From Octopus bimaculoides (taxonomy: Eukaryota): a stretch of DNA of 53,308 bases. Shown piece by piece: positions 22,851 through 34,667 of this stretch (position 1 is the stretch's first letter; every line of letters starts with the position of its first letter). The position numbers were made by a program, and so were the translations under genes. The stretch spans positions 58,777,827 through 58,831,134 of the forward strand of contig NC_068982.1 in NCBI RefSeq assembly GCF_001194135.2. The letters are read 5' to 3'. The notes beneath the pieces were generated by a model that saw only the letters and a list, made by a program, of their open reading frames with translations, had not been told where the DNA came from and searched no databases.

Positions 22851-24197
22851 AAAAAAAAAATAAAAAAAAACAGGAACGTTTGATATGGGAGAAATTTAGT
22901 TGCTTCTTCCAGCATGTCGAGCAACCAAACAGGCTTTTCTTTATTGCTTCTTGGGGAGTAATAATGTTTGAGACAAATGAAACTGTTTCAACTTGGGATT
23001 AATATGTGTCACAGCGTTCATTTTAAAGAAAAATTTCCTTGACATTGTTTTGATAACAATAAAAACAACAATAACAGTATCAGCAACAAGTAAAACAGGT
23101 ATAATAACAAGAAAAAACTGTGTAAGACAGTCCCAATTTCAAGGGTAGAATGCAGGAGAAATTACACCAACGTTCAAAACTGAAACTTCTCGCTGCCGAC
23201 AAAATATCTAAAGCCTATCTCATAAAAGAAAAATGTGTTAAGCTAAGCCTCAAGACCAAACCAGTTCTCTCCAAATGGAACTGGCAACATATTTCTCCCT
23301 AGCTTCCTCTCTCTCTATCTCCTCTCTTTGTCCATCTCCCTAACATGCGCATCAAAGTCAATTAACTGCCATGCTAGTTCCGCTATCTGTATTTCGTTGA
23401 AACACTGACGGGTCGTTTAGTTAGTTAAGTACAGAGTAGTAATGTGCGATATAAATTTAACTATCAGTGTATCAATTACGCGCGCGCGCGNNNNNNNNNN
23501 NNNNNNNNNNNNNNNNNNNNNNNNNNNNNNNNNNNNNNNNNNNNNNNNNNNNNNNNNNNNNNNNNNNNNNNNNNNNNNNNNNNNNNNNNNNNNNNNNNNN
23601 NNNNNNNNNNNNNNNNNNNNNNNNNNNNNNNNNNNNNNNNNNNNNNNNNNNNNNNNNNNNNNNNNNNNNNNNNNNNNNNNNNNNNNNNNNNNNNNNNNNN
23701 NNNNNNNNNNNNNNNNNNNNNNNNNNNNNNNNNNNNNNNNNNNNNNNNNNNNNNNNNNNNNNNNNNNNNNNNNNNNNNNNNNNNNNNNNNNNNNNNNNNN
23801 NNNNNNNNNNNNNNNNNNNNNNNNNNNNNNNNNNNNNNNNNNNNNNNNNNNNNNNNNNNNNNNNNNNNNNNNNNNNNNNNNNNNNNNNNNNNNNNNAGTG
23901 TTGCACTCACAATCGCAAGGTCACGGTTTCGATTCCTGGATTGGGCAGTGTGTCGTGCTCTTGAATAAACCCTCTATCTTACTAAACTGTCAATGAATAA
24001 CCCTGCAATGAATTGGGTTCACGTTTAGGTGGAAAAGTTGTGATCTCGGTCGCTCACACGCCATTGAAACCGGGTAATCGGTTCTATATATGATTGTATG
24101 CATATTTTTTTAAAATGCTATTAAGGGACGTGTACTTTATTCGATAAATCTCCTTGAATACAATCTCCTGCAAGTAATTGATATCAAACTAGGAAAA

Positions 24198-24390
24198 GGC
24201 AGCGAGCTGGCAGAATCGTTAGCACGCCGGGCAAAATTCTTAGCGGCATTTCGTCCGTCTTTGAGTTCTGAGTTCAAATTCTGCAGAGATCGACCTTGCT
24301 TTTTATCTTTCCGGGATCGATGAAATAAGGACCAACTGAGCACTGGGGTTGATGTAATCGACTTACTCCCAACCCCCAAAATCAGTATTA
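24198..24390 (+). mobile_element. Family B SINE
   Basis: ggcagcgagctggcagaatcgttagc...gagttcaaattc...actggggttgatgtaatcgact. Confidence 0.85.
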
Positions 24391-24455
24391 AACTACACAT
24401 TTATCAGCCATTTATGGATTTTCCATCATAGCCTTCTAGTTAAATACAAGTTGCA

Positions 24456-24636
24456 TACTCTTTTACTCTTTTACTTGTTTCAGTCATTTGACTGCGGCCA
24501 TGCTGGAGCACCACCTTTAGTCGAGCAAATCGACCCCCAGGACTTATTCTTTGGAAGCCTAGTACTTATTCTATCGGTCTCTTTTTCCGAACCGCTAAGT
24601 TACGGGGATGTAAACACACCAGCATCGGTTGTCAAG
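24456..24636 (-). mobile_element. Family A SINE, 3' half
   Basis: tactcttttactcttttacttgtttcagtcatttgactgcggccatgctggagcacc... Confidence 0.9.
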
Positions 24637-24747
24637 GATATTCTTTCTTTTATGTGTTTCAGTCAGATAGCTGTGGTCATGCTGGAGTACCACCATAAAA
24701 TATTAGACAATGAAATGTAAAAAACGTAAAAACTCTCTTCGGTCATG

Positions 24748-25241
24748 AGGAGTAGCTGTGTGGTAAGTAGCTTGCTTACCAACCACATAGCTCCGGGTTC
24801 AGTCCCACTGCGTGGCGCTTTGGGTAAGTGTCTTCTACTATAGCCTCGAGCCGACCAAAGCCTTGTGAATGGATTTGGTAGACGGAAACTGAAAGAAGCC
24901 CGTCGTATATANNNNNNNNNNNNNNNNNNNNNNNNNNNNNNNNNNNNNNNNNNNNNNNNNNNNNNNNNNNNNNNNNNNNNNNNNNNNNNNNNNNNNNNNN
25001 NNNNNNNNNNNNNNNNNNNNNNNNNNNNNNNNNNNNNNNNNTGTGTCTGCCTTTGTCCTCCCAACATCGCTTGACAACCGATGCTGGTGTGTTTACGTCC
25101 CCGTAACTTAGCGGTTTGGCAAAACAGACCGATAGAATAAGTACTAGGCTTACAAAGAATAAGTCGATTTGCTCGACTAAAGGCGGTACTACAGCATGGC
25201 CGCAGTCAAATGACTGAAACAAGTAAAAGAGTAAAAGAGTA
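24748..25241 (+). mobile_element. Family A SINE, full length with gap at the internal microsatellite
   Basis: Colinear with the 2512 and 22052 copies. Confidence 0.9.
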
Positions 25242-25256
25242 ACCATGGGATAGCTT

Positions 25257-25560
25257 CTAGAAAGTTACCTTTCGAGGCACAAGTCTGGGCAAAGCTGTTT
25301 ATGGAAGGCCAGCAGTCGCCCATGCATGCCAGCACCCCTCCCACCTCATCACGTCACCGATGTTATCGAAGGGAAAGGTAAAAACCGACACAGCTTGGCA
25401 TCAGTGACGTCACAGCTTATTTCTACAGCTGAGTGAACCGAAGCAACGTAAAATAAAGTGTCTCGCTTTAGGACACAGCACACAGCCCGTTTCGGGAATC
25501 GAACTCACGGCCTTATGATTGTGCGCCTGACGCTCTAACCACTGAGACATGCGTCTTCAC
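25257..25560 (-). mobile_element. Family F tRNA-headed SINE with CORE-like segment
   Basis: Minus strand: gtgaagacgcatgtctcagtggttagagcg...gagttcgattccc (A/B boxes), then gagacactttattttacgttgc...cactcagctg and a distinct 3' body. Confidence 0.75.
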
Positions 25561-25754
25561 TACAATGAAATGTAATATATGTAAAAATAAAATGCCGGAA
25601 CGTTTTCTCTGATCAAAGGTTTGCTAGATGAAGGCTGACCTGTTCTAAGGAGAGTTTGTTATGTATCAACAACAGCAGTACCAATCCCCCAACCGTAAAT
25701 GGCAGCAGAGATAATAGCTAAAATAACAAACACGACAACAACAGTTAGATCAGC

Positions 25755-25755
25755 A

Positions 25756-25818
<63 letters not shown>

Positions 25819-25990
25819 GAAGACAAAAGCAAAAAATGTAGCTGATGATGATGATGATGATGATGATGACGACGGCGACGATGACGATGATGATGAGGAA
25901 AAGGTGAAGGAGGACAATGATGATGAAGATGATGATGATGATGAAGACGATGACGACGATGACGAATTATGATGATGACGTTGATGACGA
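25755..25990. repeat. (TAA)n and (GAT/GAC)n trinucleotide tracts
   Basis: Directly visible simple repeats. Confidence 0.95.
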
Positions 25991-26004
25991 CGACGATAAC
26001 GCTA

Positions 26005-27040
26005 ATGATGGTGGTAGTGGTGATAGTGGTGGTGTGGTAGTGGTGATAGTGGTGGTGTGGTACTGGTGGTGTGGTAGTAGTGGTGTGGTAGTAGTGGTGT
26101 GGTAGTGGTGGTGTGGTAGTGGTGATAGTGGTGGTGTGGTAGTGGTGATAGTGGTGGTGTGATAGTGGTGGTGTANNNNNNNNNNNNNNNNNNNNNNNNN
26201 NNNNNNNNNNNNNNNNNNNNNNNNNNNNNNNNNNNNNNNNNNNNNNNNNNNNNNNNNNNNNNNNNNNNNNNNNNNNNNNNNNNNNNNNNNNNNNNNNNNN
26301 NNNNNNNNNNNNNNNNNNNNNNNNNNNNNNNNNNNNNNNNNNNNNNNNNNNNNNNNNNNNNNNNNNNNNNNNNNNNNNNNNNNNNNNNNNNNNNNNNNNN
26401 NNNNNNNNNNNNNNNNNNNNNNNNNNNNNNNNNNNNNNNNNNNNNNNNNNNNNNNNNNNNNNNNNNNNNNNNNNNNNNNNNNNNNNNNNNNNNNNNNNNN
26501 NNNNNNNNNNNNNNNNNNNNNNNNNNNNNNNNNNNNNNNNNNNNNNNNNNNNNNNNNNNNNNNNNNNNNNNNNNNNNNNNNNNNNNNNNNNNNNNNNNNN
26601 NNNNNNNNNNNNNNNNNNNNNNNNNNNNNNNNNNNNNNNNNNNNNNNNNNNNNNNNNNNNNNNNNNNNNNNNNNNNNNNNNNNNNNNNNNNNNNNNNNNN
26701 NNNNNNNNNNNNNNNNNNNNNNNNNNNNNNNNNNNNNNNNNNNNNNNNNNNNNNNNNNNNNNNNNNNNNNNNNNNNNNNNNNNNNNNNNNNNNNNNNNNN
26801 NNNNNNNNNNNNNNNNNNNNNNGTAGTAGTGGTGTGGTAGTGGTGGTGTGGTAGTGGTGATAGTGGTGGTGTGGGAGTGGTGATAGTGGTGGTGTGGTAG
26901 TGGTGGTGTGGTAGTAGTGGTGTGGTAGTGGTGGTGTGGTAGTGGTGATAGTGGTGGTGTGGTAGTGGTGATAGTGGTGGTGTGATAGTGGTGGTGTAGT
27001 AGTGGTGATAGTGTTGGTGTGGTAGAGGTGATAGTGGTGG
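26005..27040. repeat. GT-rich compound minisatellite (unit ~gtggtagtggtgatagtggtggt), spanning a gap
   Basis: The same ~23-bp unit recurs on both sides of the 26176-26822 gap. Confidence 0.9.
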
Positions 27041-28545
27041 TAGCGGCACCAGTGGAAATGCTGACTACAACGATGATTGAAGCAGAAGTGAAGAACGTCA
27101 AACAAGAAAAATAAAATAGCCAAGAAACAAAAGAATTTAAAAAAACAAACAAACAATAAAAAGCCTAAAGAAGCAGACAATGGAAGGAAGAAGAGACAAT
27201 AAACTAGTAAATTACCAGAATGCCAAAGACGACTCACAGTTTCTTGGTTAAACACCCAATCAAAACTCCAAAATACAGATGACTTTTTTTGTATCTGATG
27301 GATGGTTTTCCAGTAGCCGATCCTTTTTGGAAAAGATGTTTTTCTTCAAGATATTCCTTAACCATACATGGTTTCTGGCATTGAAATCTCTTTCTTACTA
27401 TTGTTTCTTTCTTCTTAACCCCCTCTTTNNNNNNNNNNNNNNNNNNNNNNNNNNNNNNNNNNNNNNNNNNNNNNNNNNNNNNNNNNNNNNNNNNNNNNNN
27501 NNNNNNNNNNNNNNNNNNNNNNNNNNNNNNNNNNNNNNNNNNNNNNNNNNNNNNNNNNNNNNNNNNNNNNNNNNNNNNNNNNNNNNNNNNNNNNNNNNNN
27601 NNNNNNNNNNNNNNNNNNNNNNNNNNNNNNNNNNNNNNNNNNNNNNNNNNNNNNNNNNNNNNNNNNNNNNNNNNNNNNNNNNNNNNNNNNNNNNNNNNNN
27701 NNNNNNNNNNNNNNNNNNNNNNNNNNNNNNNNNNNNNNNNNNNNNNNNNNNNNNNNNNNNNNNNNNNNNNNNNNNNNNNNNNNNNNNNNNNNNNNNNNNN
27801 NNNNNNNNNNNNNNNNNNNNNNNNNNNNNNNNNNNNNNNNNNNNNNNNNNNNNNNNNNNNNNNNNNNNNNNNNNNNNNNNNNNNNNNNNNNNNNNNNNNN
27901 NNNNNNNNNNNNNNNNNNNNNNNNNNNNNNNNNNNNNNNNNNNNNNNNNNNNNNNNNNNNNNNNNNNNNNNNNNNNNNNNNNNNNNNNNNNNNNNNNNNN
28001 NNNNNNNNNNNNNNNNNNNNNNNNNNNNNNNNNNNNNNNNNNNNNNNNNNNNNNNNNNNNNNNNNNNNNNNNNNNNNNNNNNNNNNNNNNNNNNNNNNNN
28101 NNNNNNNNNNNNNNNNNNNNNNNNNNNNNNNNNNNNNNNNNNNNNNNNNNNNNNNNATATATATATATATATAGTCACTCGCAGATGTATACCTACACTA
28201 TGTTAAGTGGTGTAGTTATTAACTAAAGAGGATGATTATTAATCACCCAGGATGTAGGAACTTTATTCATATAGGTAGGTGAGTAGAAGAGGTAGTATTT
28301 TTTGTTCATATGAAGGTATTATGTACACACACACACACACACGTATGTATATGTATATATAAATATATATATATGAATATATATACACTCACCCACAACA
28401 CACACATATTTGTAAGTATATATATAAATATATAAATATGTTTATGTATGTATGTATGTATGTTGTGTGTTACTGCTTACTATAATTTTTATGATTTTTT
28501 CCTGTCTTTGTATATTTATGAACATCAGTATGTGTGTATGCATTT

Positions 28546-28577
<32 letters not shown>

Positions 28578-29402
28578 ATGATTGCGTTTGTGTGTTTGTG
28601 ATAGTTGTTGCTATCGAGGTGGTGGTGGTGGGATACGGTTGTGTTTTAGTTGTTTAGTCTGTATGTGTGTGTGTTTTTTTTTATTTCTTCGTATGGTTTC
28701 ATGTGAGCAGTGGTGGCGAGATGATGCTGGTGGTTTCAAGTGTATTCAGTTGAAATTGTTATGGATGTGGAGTTGTAGAAGCTAACACGCATGCGCATGC
28801 GCTCACACACGTGTGTGTGTGTGCTTTTATATATGTGTGTATATGTGTGTAAAGTAAATGTGTGGCGGGAGCGGGTGTGAGCAGGGTGGTGCCGAGTCTG
28901 TAAACATTTTTAACAAAAACGTATTTCTACGAACATATAATGCATTGTTTTTCACCCCAACTCCTCTCTTATTTCCCCCCACTGCACACGCCATCTGGCG
29001 GAATGAGGTTTCAAGTACTTCCTGTAAAATAGGGGGTACCACCAGACAGAACATGTGTGCGTCGGTTAGGTGGTGGGTATCCGTTTGTCGGAAGGGAAGC
29101 GTTGGGGGTAATAACAATGTAGATACCTGGGTATGGTAGAACATTGTTCTTCATTTTGGTTCTGGTTGATGGCAGTGGTGAAGGGAGTGGTACTGGAGGT
29201 TGTGGTGACGGCGGTGGCGCCGGCAGTGCTGGTGGTGGTGCTAATGGTAACGGTGGCAGGGTGGTGGTAATAGTAGTGCTGGTAGTAGTGGTGGTAAAAG
29301 TTGATAGTTTTTGTTTAACAATGATTGACAAGATATTCATTCAAAAATAGTCAACCCTCAACCTCCGCCCTTCTCTATATATCTCTTTCTTTATCACACA
29401 GA

Positions 29403-29450
<48 letters not shown>

Positions 29451-29555
29451 ATTTTAGGCTTAACATATCTAGGACTAAAGAGATAAATTTGCAAAATCAT
29501 TGGTTCCCATTTTTATCTGACGTCATTAGCACAATGAAAATGAAAATAAGAATTA

Positions 29556-29604
29556 TTGATGCAACTTGTCTTGATGCAACTCGTCTTGATGCAACTCGTC
29601 TTGA
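29556..29604. repeat. 15-bp tandem repeat (ttgatgcaactcgtc) x3.3
   Basis: Units start at 29556, 29571 and 29586. Confidence 0.95.
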
Positions 29605-29848
29605 AAGTTAAAAGACGTTTTAAGGTCTAAAAGATCGCCTGAACGATATGCGAAAAGAAAGAAGATTGTTATTTTAATTAAAAGCTTGTTCCATTGCGTA
29701 TACCAAATTTTTAATCAACCGGACGGCTATTCGCAATACCAGTGAATGTTTCACTCAATCTTTTCCTGTATCAAACATGACGATTTACCGTCCGAGCATG
29801 TGGCTGGAGGCACCCAGAACACGCCATTATGCTATACCATTATGCTAT

Positions 29849-30104
29849 ATGCCCGTAATGGTTAAGAGCGCGGGCTACTAACCCCAAGATTGCGAGTTCA
29901 ATTCTAGGCAGTGCCTTGAATAAATAATAATAATAGTAATAATTACATCAGCAAAAAAAAAAAAATGCCTTTGGAATGAGAACCCAGGGTTGGGTTCAAA
30001 ATTCTACTAGGACACCTGATGAAGGCTGGAGAGTAAATCAGCCGAAAGGTTGTGGTAACAACAAATAAGATGAGGACACACCTGTCCAATGTAAATGATA
30101 TAAA
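29849..30104 (+). mobile_element. Family D tRNA-headed SINE-like element with hammerhead motif (copy 1, motif mutated)
   Basis: tRNA-like head (gcccgtaatggttaagagc; B box gagttcaattct 29894-29905), (AAT)n spacer, hammerhead-like motif 30011-30056, tail ...caatgtaaatgata. Homologous to 33984-34216. Confidence 0.8.
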
Positions 30105-30127
30105 TTATGTTTTTAAATATACGAATA

Positions 30128-30323
30128 GGGCGGCGAGCTGCAGAAACATTAGCACGACGGGCGAAATGCTTAGCGGTATTTCGTCTGTCTTTACGTCCTG
30201 AGTTCAAATTTTACCTTTCATCCTTTCGGGGTCGATAAATTAAGTACCAGTTGCATACTGTGGTCGATCTAATCGACTGGTGCCCTCCCTAAAATTTCGG
30301 GCCTTGTGCCTAGAGTAGAAAAG
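30128..30323 (+). mobile_element. Family B SINE
   Basis: 13-bp TSD aaatatacgaata (30115-30127 / 30324-30336). Confidence 0.92.
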
Positions 30324-30651
30324 AAATATACGAATATTTAATTAATATTTTTAAATCTTCGGCGCATCTTGACACCTTTTGTAGAACACCGAATTGAGAA
30401 TAACCCGTCAGTATTATTAAAATCTCAGACAGAGTGCCTTGTTATAGATCAAATCCAAATCAGTAGGATTTCTACTACTGATTTGAACTATCAAATGGTG
30501 ATTCGGAAGTCAAAATCTGAAGTCAACTTTGCTTTACATTATATCGAGGTTGATAAATAAAGTACCAGTTATACATTGCTATTCTCTTTCTATCCCACTT
30601 CTCCCTTTATATATTTATACGCACACATATATATGTATATATAGTAATAAT

Positions 30652-30867
30652 CCTTTCTACTCTAGGCACAAGGCCTGAAATTTGGGGGATGGAGATAGTC
30701 GATAACATCGATTCCAGTGTTTCACTGGTACTTAATTTATCAAACCCGAAAAGATGAAAGGTAAAGTCAACCTCGGTGGAATTCGAACTCAGAACGTAGC
30801 GACGGGTGAAATACCGCTAAGCATTTTGCCCGGCGCGCTAACAATTCTGGCAGCTCGTCACCTTTCA
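30652..30867 (-). mobile_element. Family B SINE
   Basis: 14-bp TSD tatatagtaataat (30638-30651 / 30868-30881). Confidence 0.92.
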
Positions 30868-31273
30868 TATATAGTAATAATAAAAGCAGAAAATATAATT
30901 GGCATTTTAAGTCGTATAAAACATACACGTGGTTCAGTAAACCATCTATCATTATTACGTTAGACGATTAGACAGAATATGTGATACAATCGATTCACCT
31001 CTTTTGCGATTAAATTACGTATTACGGCCAATTGTCTTGCGTGATATTGACAGTCGATTTAATGAAACACGTGTATGTTTTATCAATCTTAAAATATCAA
31101 TTACGTTTACTCTGTTTATTTTTACTATAACATGGCTCAAATTCCAAAAGCTAGCCTAACTGGATTTTTGATGGTCTTCCACTAAATACGCTGGGTGGAG
31201 AAATGGAGTATATAATTTCTAGTGAGCCTAAATATTTGGTTACCAACCTCGCCTCTCAATACTTTTCTATGCT

Positions 31274-31361
<88 letters not shown>

Positions 31362-31422
31362 AATCATGTACGCCTATACCTATATACTCATACATACACA
31401 CATATTTATAAGCACACATGCA

Positions 31423-31458
<36 letters not shown>

Positions 31459-33117
31459 CATGCATATATACATAGATGCATACATACATACACTCACACA
31501 GACACACACATATATATGCATACCTATGTACATATATACTTTCATATGTAATTATATTTATATACATACACACGCGTATTAGAATATAGTATATAAATCA
31601 GTAATGGTTATGGTAGCGCCATTTCCACCATTGTACACTTTGTTCATTACGTAAAGTGATGGTTAATTTTGATTGCATCTTGATATGCCTCTTGCGAATA
31701 TACCTTTATCTCTCACCGTGCACAAACGCGCGCACACACACACACACACACATACACACATACACACACGTGTTTATGTGTACTCACATACATACATAAG
31801 AGTAGATTATGTACGTTTTATATCTCGGTGTACGAATGTATGCGTTTTTTGTCTTAGTGTACAAGAGTATGTTTATTCACTCTTTTAATCTGTTGCAACA
31901 CTCACTTGTTCTTGCTACTTTGTTGCTGCTGTTACTACTCTGCTGCTGCTGCTTCCTACACACACATACACAAACACACACATACACACACGTGCATACT
32001 CCCACACACACTCAGGCAGCTACCCACTGTCTGCTACACAGCAGGGGTTTACGAGAAAGACTCCACCCAAGACTTATCCACATTGTTCTTTCTAGTTGTC
32101 TACACCATTATTCTGACATAGTGATATGTATATGTACGTATCTGGGTGCACACTGTGCGAAGGGTGTATAGATAAGTAGGAGTGTGTGTGTGTGTGTGCG
32201 CGCGCGCGATTGATGTGTGTGTTAACGTTTGCTAATGAATGGATGCATAAGGTGGAACTTCGTGGCAGCTGTACTGCATATCGACATACACACACACAGA
32301 GAAACACATCGACACACACATACACACACACCCATGCACATGCGCGCACGCACACACACACACACATACACACACACACACATGCATAGCTGGAAAGAAA
32401 TTGAGAGTGAGGAACTGTTAGATAGATAGGCAGAAACAGAGAAAGAGAGAGGGATGGAAAGAGAGACGGATCTACACACACACACACATATATAGAGAGA
32501 AGAGGAGATAGAGAATCAAGTTGTGCATGTGTATGTGTGTGTGTGCATGTGTATGCGTGTTTTATGACAAATGCGTGCGTGTGTAATTGTTTATCTTTTG
32601 TGAAAGATTTGCATACGAATAAATTGACTGTGGTTTTGATAGTTATATACATGTACATACATCAATATACACACACATACACACACACACGTATATATAT
32701 ACATATATACATGCATATGCGTTCGTGTGCCTGTGTGTGCATGTGTGCATGTGCGTTAGTAATTTGCAATGACTATGCATCAGCTAGAATACCCAGCCCT
32801 TACAGACATAAACGCATGTCTTTATACATAATGAAACATTGTTCTACGGGACAAGGAGAAAAAAGACTTGCTTTGTTGTTGAAATCAGTTGTTCAGCTGA
32901 CAAAGATATCACATCGTGAAGGAACAGAGAAAAGAAGAATGACTATCTATGGACAATTGTGGCATAACCAGTAACACTTCTAGATTCCAATTGTTACTCT
33001 TATTTGAACCTATGATCTTCTGGCTTTAGATAAACTTCACCGAAATCTTGTGACATTCCTTTTCATTCCATCCCATGCAAAATATCCAACCACCAAAATA
33101 TCATTCTTTTATTCTTC

Positions 33118-33343
33118 CACTTGTTTCCTTCATTTGATTGTGGCCATGCTGAAGCACCGCCTTAAAAAGTGATTTTTTTTATTTATTTAGTTGAAGAAAT
33201 CAACCTCAGGACTTATGCTTTGTAAGCCTAGTACTTATTCAAGCGGCTGACTTTTGCCGAACTGCTAAAGTACTGGAACGTAAACACACCAATATCAGTC
33301 ATCAAGCAATGCCGAGGGAGACAAAGGCAAACAGAAAGACACA

Positions 33344-33396
<53 letters not shown>

Positions 33397-33623
33397 GTAT
33401 ATATATGTATATATACTGTGCATATATATAGCGTGAGCGCATATATATAAAAACAAGAGTTTATTTTTGCTATTGCTTGTATCTTATGAGCATAGTATGC
33501 TTGCATATGTATGCCCACGGTTACCATAGGTAATTTATACCGGCAGTAAAACCGATATTCTTACCCCTTAGACGGTTATTCCAACTGCTAACTCTACTAA
33601 CCTTATGTATGTATGTATGTATG

Positions 33624-33665
<42 letters not shown>

Positions 33666-33822
33666 CACGACGGGCTTCTTTCAGTTTCTGCCTGCCAAAT
33701 CCACTCACAAAGCTTTGGTTGGCCCGAAGCTATTGTAGAAGACACCTGCCCAAGTTGCTACGCAGTGGGACTGAACCTGGAATCATGTGGTTGGGAAGCA
33801 AGCTTCTTATCATACAGTCACC
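33118..33822 (-). mobile_element. Family A SINE with a greatly expanded internal region
   Basis: The 3' half (33118-33345) and 5' half (33668-33822) are separated by microsatellite-rich sequence. Confidence 0.8.
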
Positions 33823-33983
33823 ATTAAGTGTGACTGTTTTTATCGTTTGCTTGTTTGACTGATTTGATGCCTAAGTATCCTCTCTTTATGGATAAAGTAT
33901 GTACGAAGTAAGGCCGAATAATTAAGAAAGAGATTCAGATCATGTGGTCACCGGTTCGATCCGGCTGCGTGGTGTTTTGGGTC

Positions 33984-34216
33984 CGAGTTCGATCCCAGGC
34001 AGTGACTTGAATAATAATAATGATAATAATAATGATGATGATGATGATGATGATGATAATAACAACATCGAAAAACACCTTAAGAATGAGAATCCAGGTT
34101 CGAAATTTCCCCAAGACACCTGATGAAGGCTGGAGGGTATATCAGCCGAAACGTTGTGTTAACAACAAACAAGATGAGGACAAATATCCGTCAAATGTAA
34201 ATAATGTAAATAATGT
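33984..34216 (+). mobile_element. Family D element (copy 2, 5'-truncated in the tRNA head, hammerhead motif intact)
   Basis: B box gagttcgatccc, (AAT/GAT)n spacer, hammerhead 34115-34160, terminal repeat (tgtaaataa)n. Confidence 0.82.
34115..34160 (+). ncRNA. Minimal type-I hammerhead ribozyme motif (Penelope/retrozyme-like)
   Basis: gacac-CTGATGA-a-GGCTG-gagggtatat-CAGCC-GAAA-C-GTT-gtgtt. Helix I gacac/gtgtt, helix II GGCTG/CAGCC, complete core, palindromic ACGT helix III. Predicted cleavage after GUU (34155). Confidence 0.75.
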
Positions 34217-34335
34217 AGAGATCAACTGGCATTTAATTTATCGACCCCAGAGGGATGAAAGGCAAAGTTGACCTTGGCTAAATTTGAACTCAGAACGTAA
34301 GGACGGACGAAATGCCGCTAAGCATTTTGCCAAAA
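34217..34335 (-). mobile_element. Family B SINE fragment
   Basis: ttatcgaccccagagggatgaaaggcaaagttgacct...gaactcagaacgtaagg. Confidence 0.75.
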
Positions 34336-34667
34336 GTCATACAGTAAGAGAGAAAGAGAAAAAACAGTGAGAGAAAAAGAGACACATTAAGAGAGAGTGA
34401 ATGTGACAGGGATACAGTGAGACAAAGATATAGCAAGGGAGAGNNNNNNNNNNNNNNNNNNNNNNNNNNNNNNNNNNNNNNNNNNNNNNNNNNNNNNNNN
34501 NNNNNNNNNNNNNNNNNNNNNNNNNNNNNNNNNNNNNNNNNNNNNNNNNNNNNNNNNNNNNNNNNNNNNNNNNNNNNNNNNNNNNNNNNNNNNNNNNNNN
34601 NNNNNNNNNNNNNNNNNNNNNNNNNNNNNNNNNNNNNNNNNNNNNNNNNNNNNNNNNNNNNNNNNNN

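Noticed and set aside
26005-27040. Regular repeat array considered as CRISPR-like or as a His/Thr-rich coding repeat
   Set aside because: The units have no unique spacers and are built from GGT/AGT/GAT triplets; this is an ordinary eukaryotic minisatellite.
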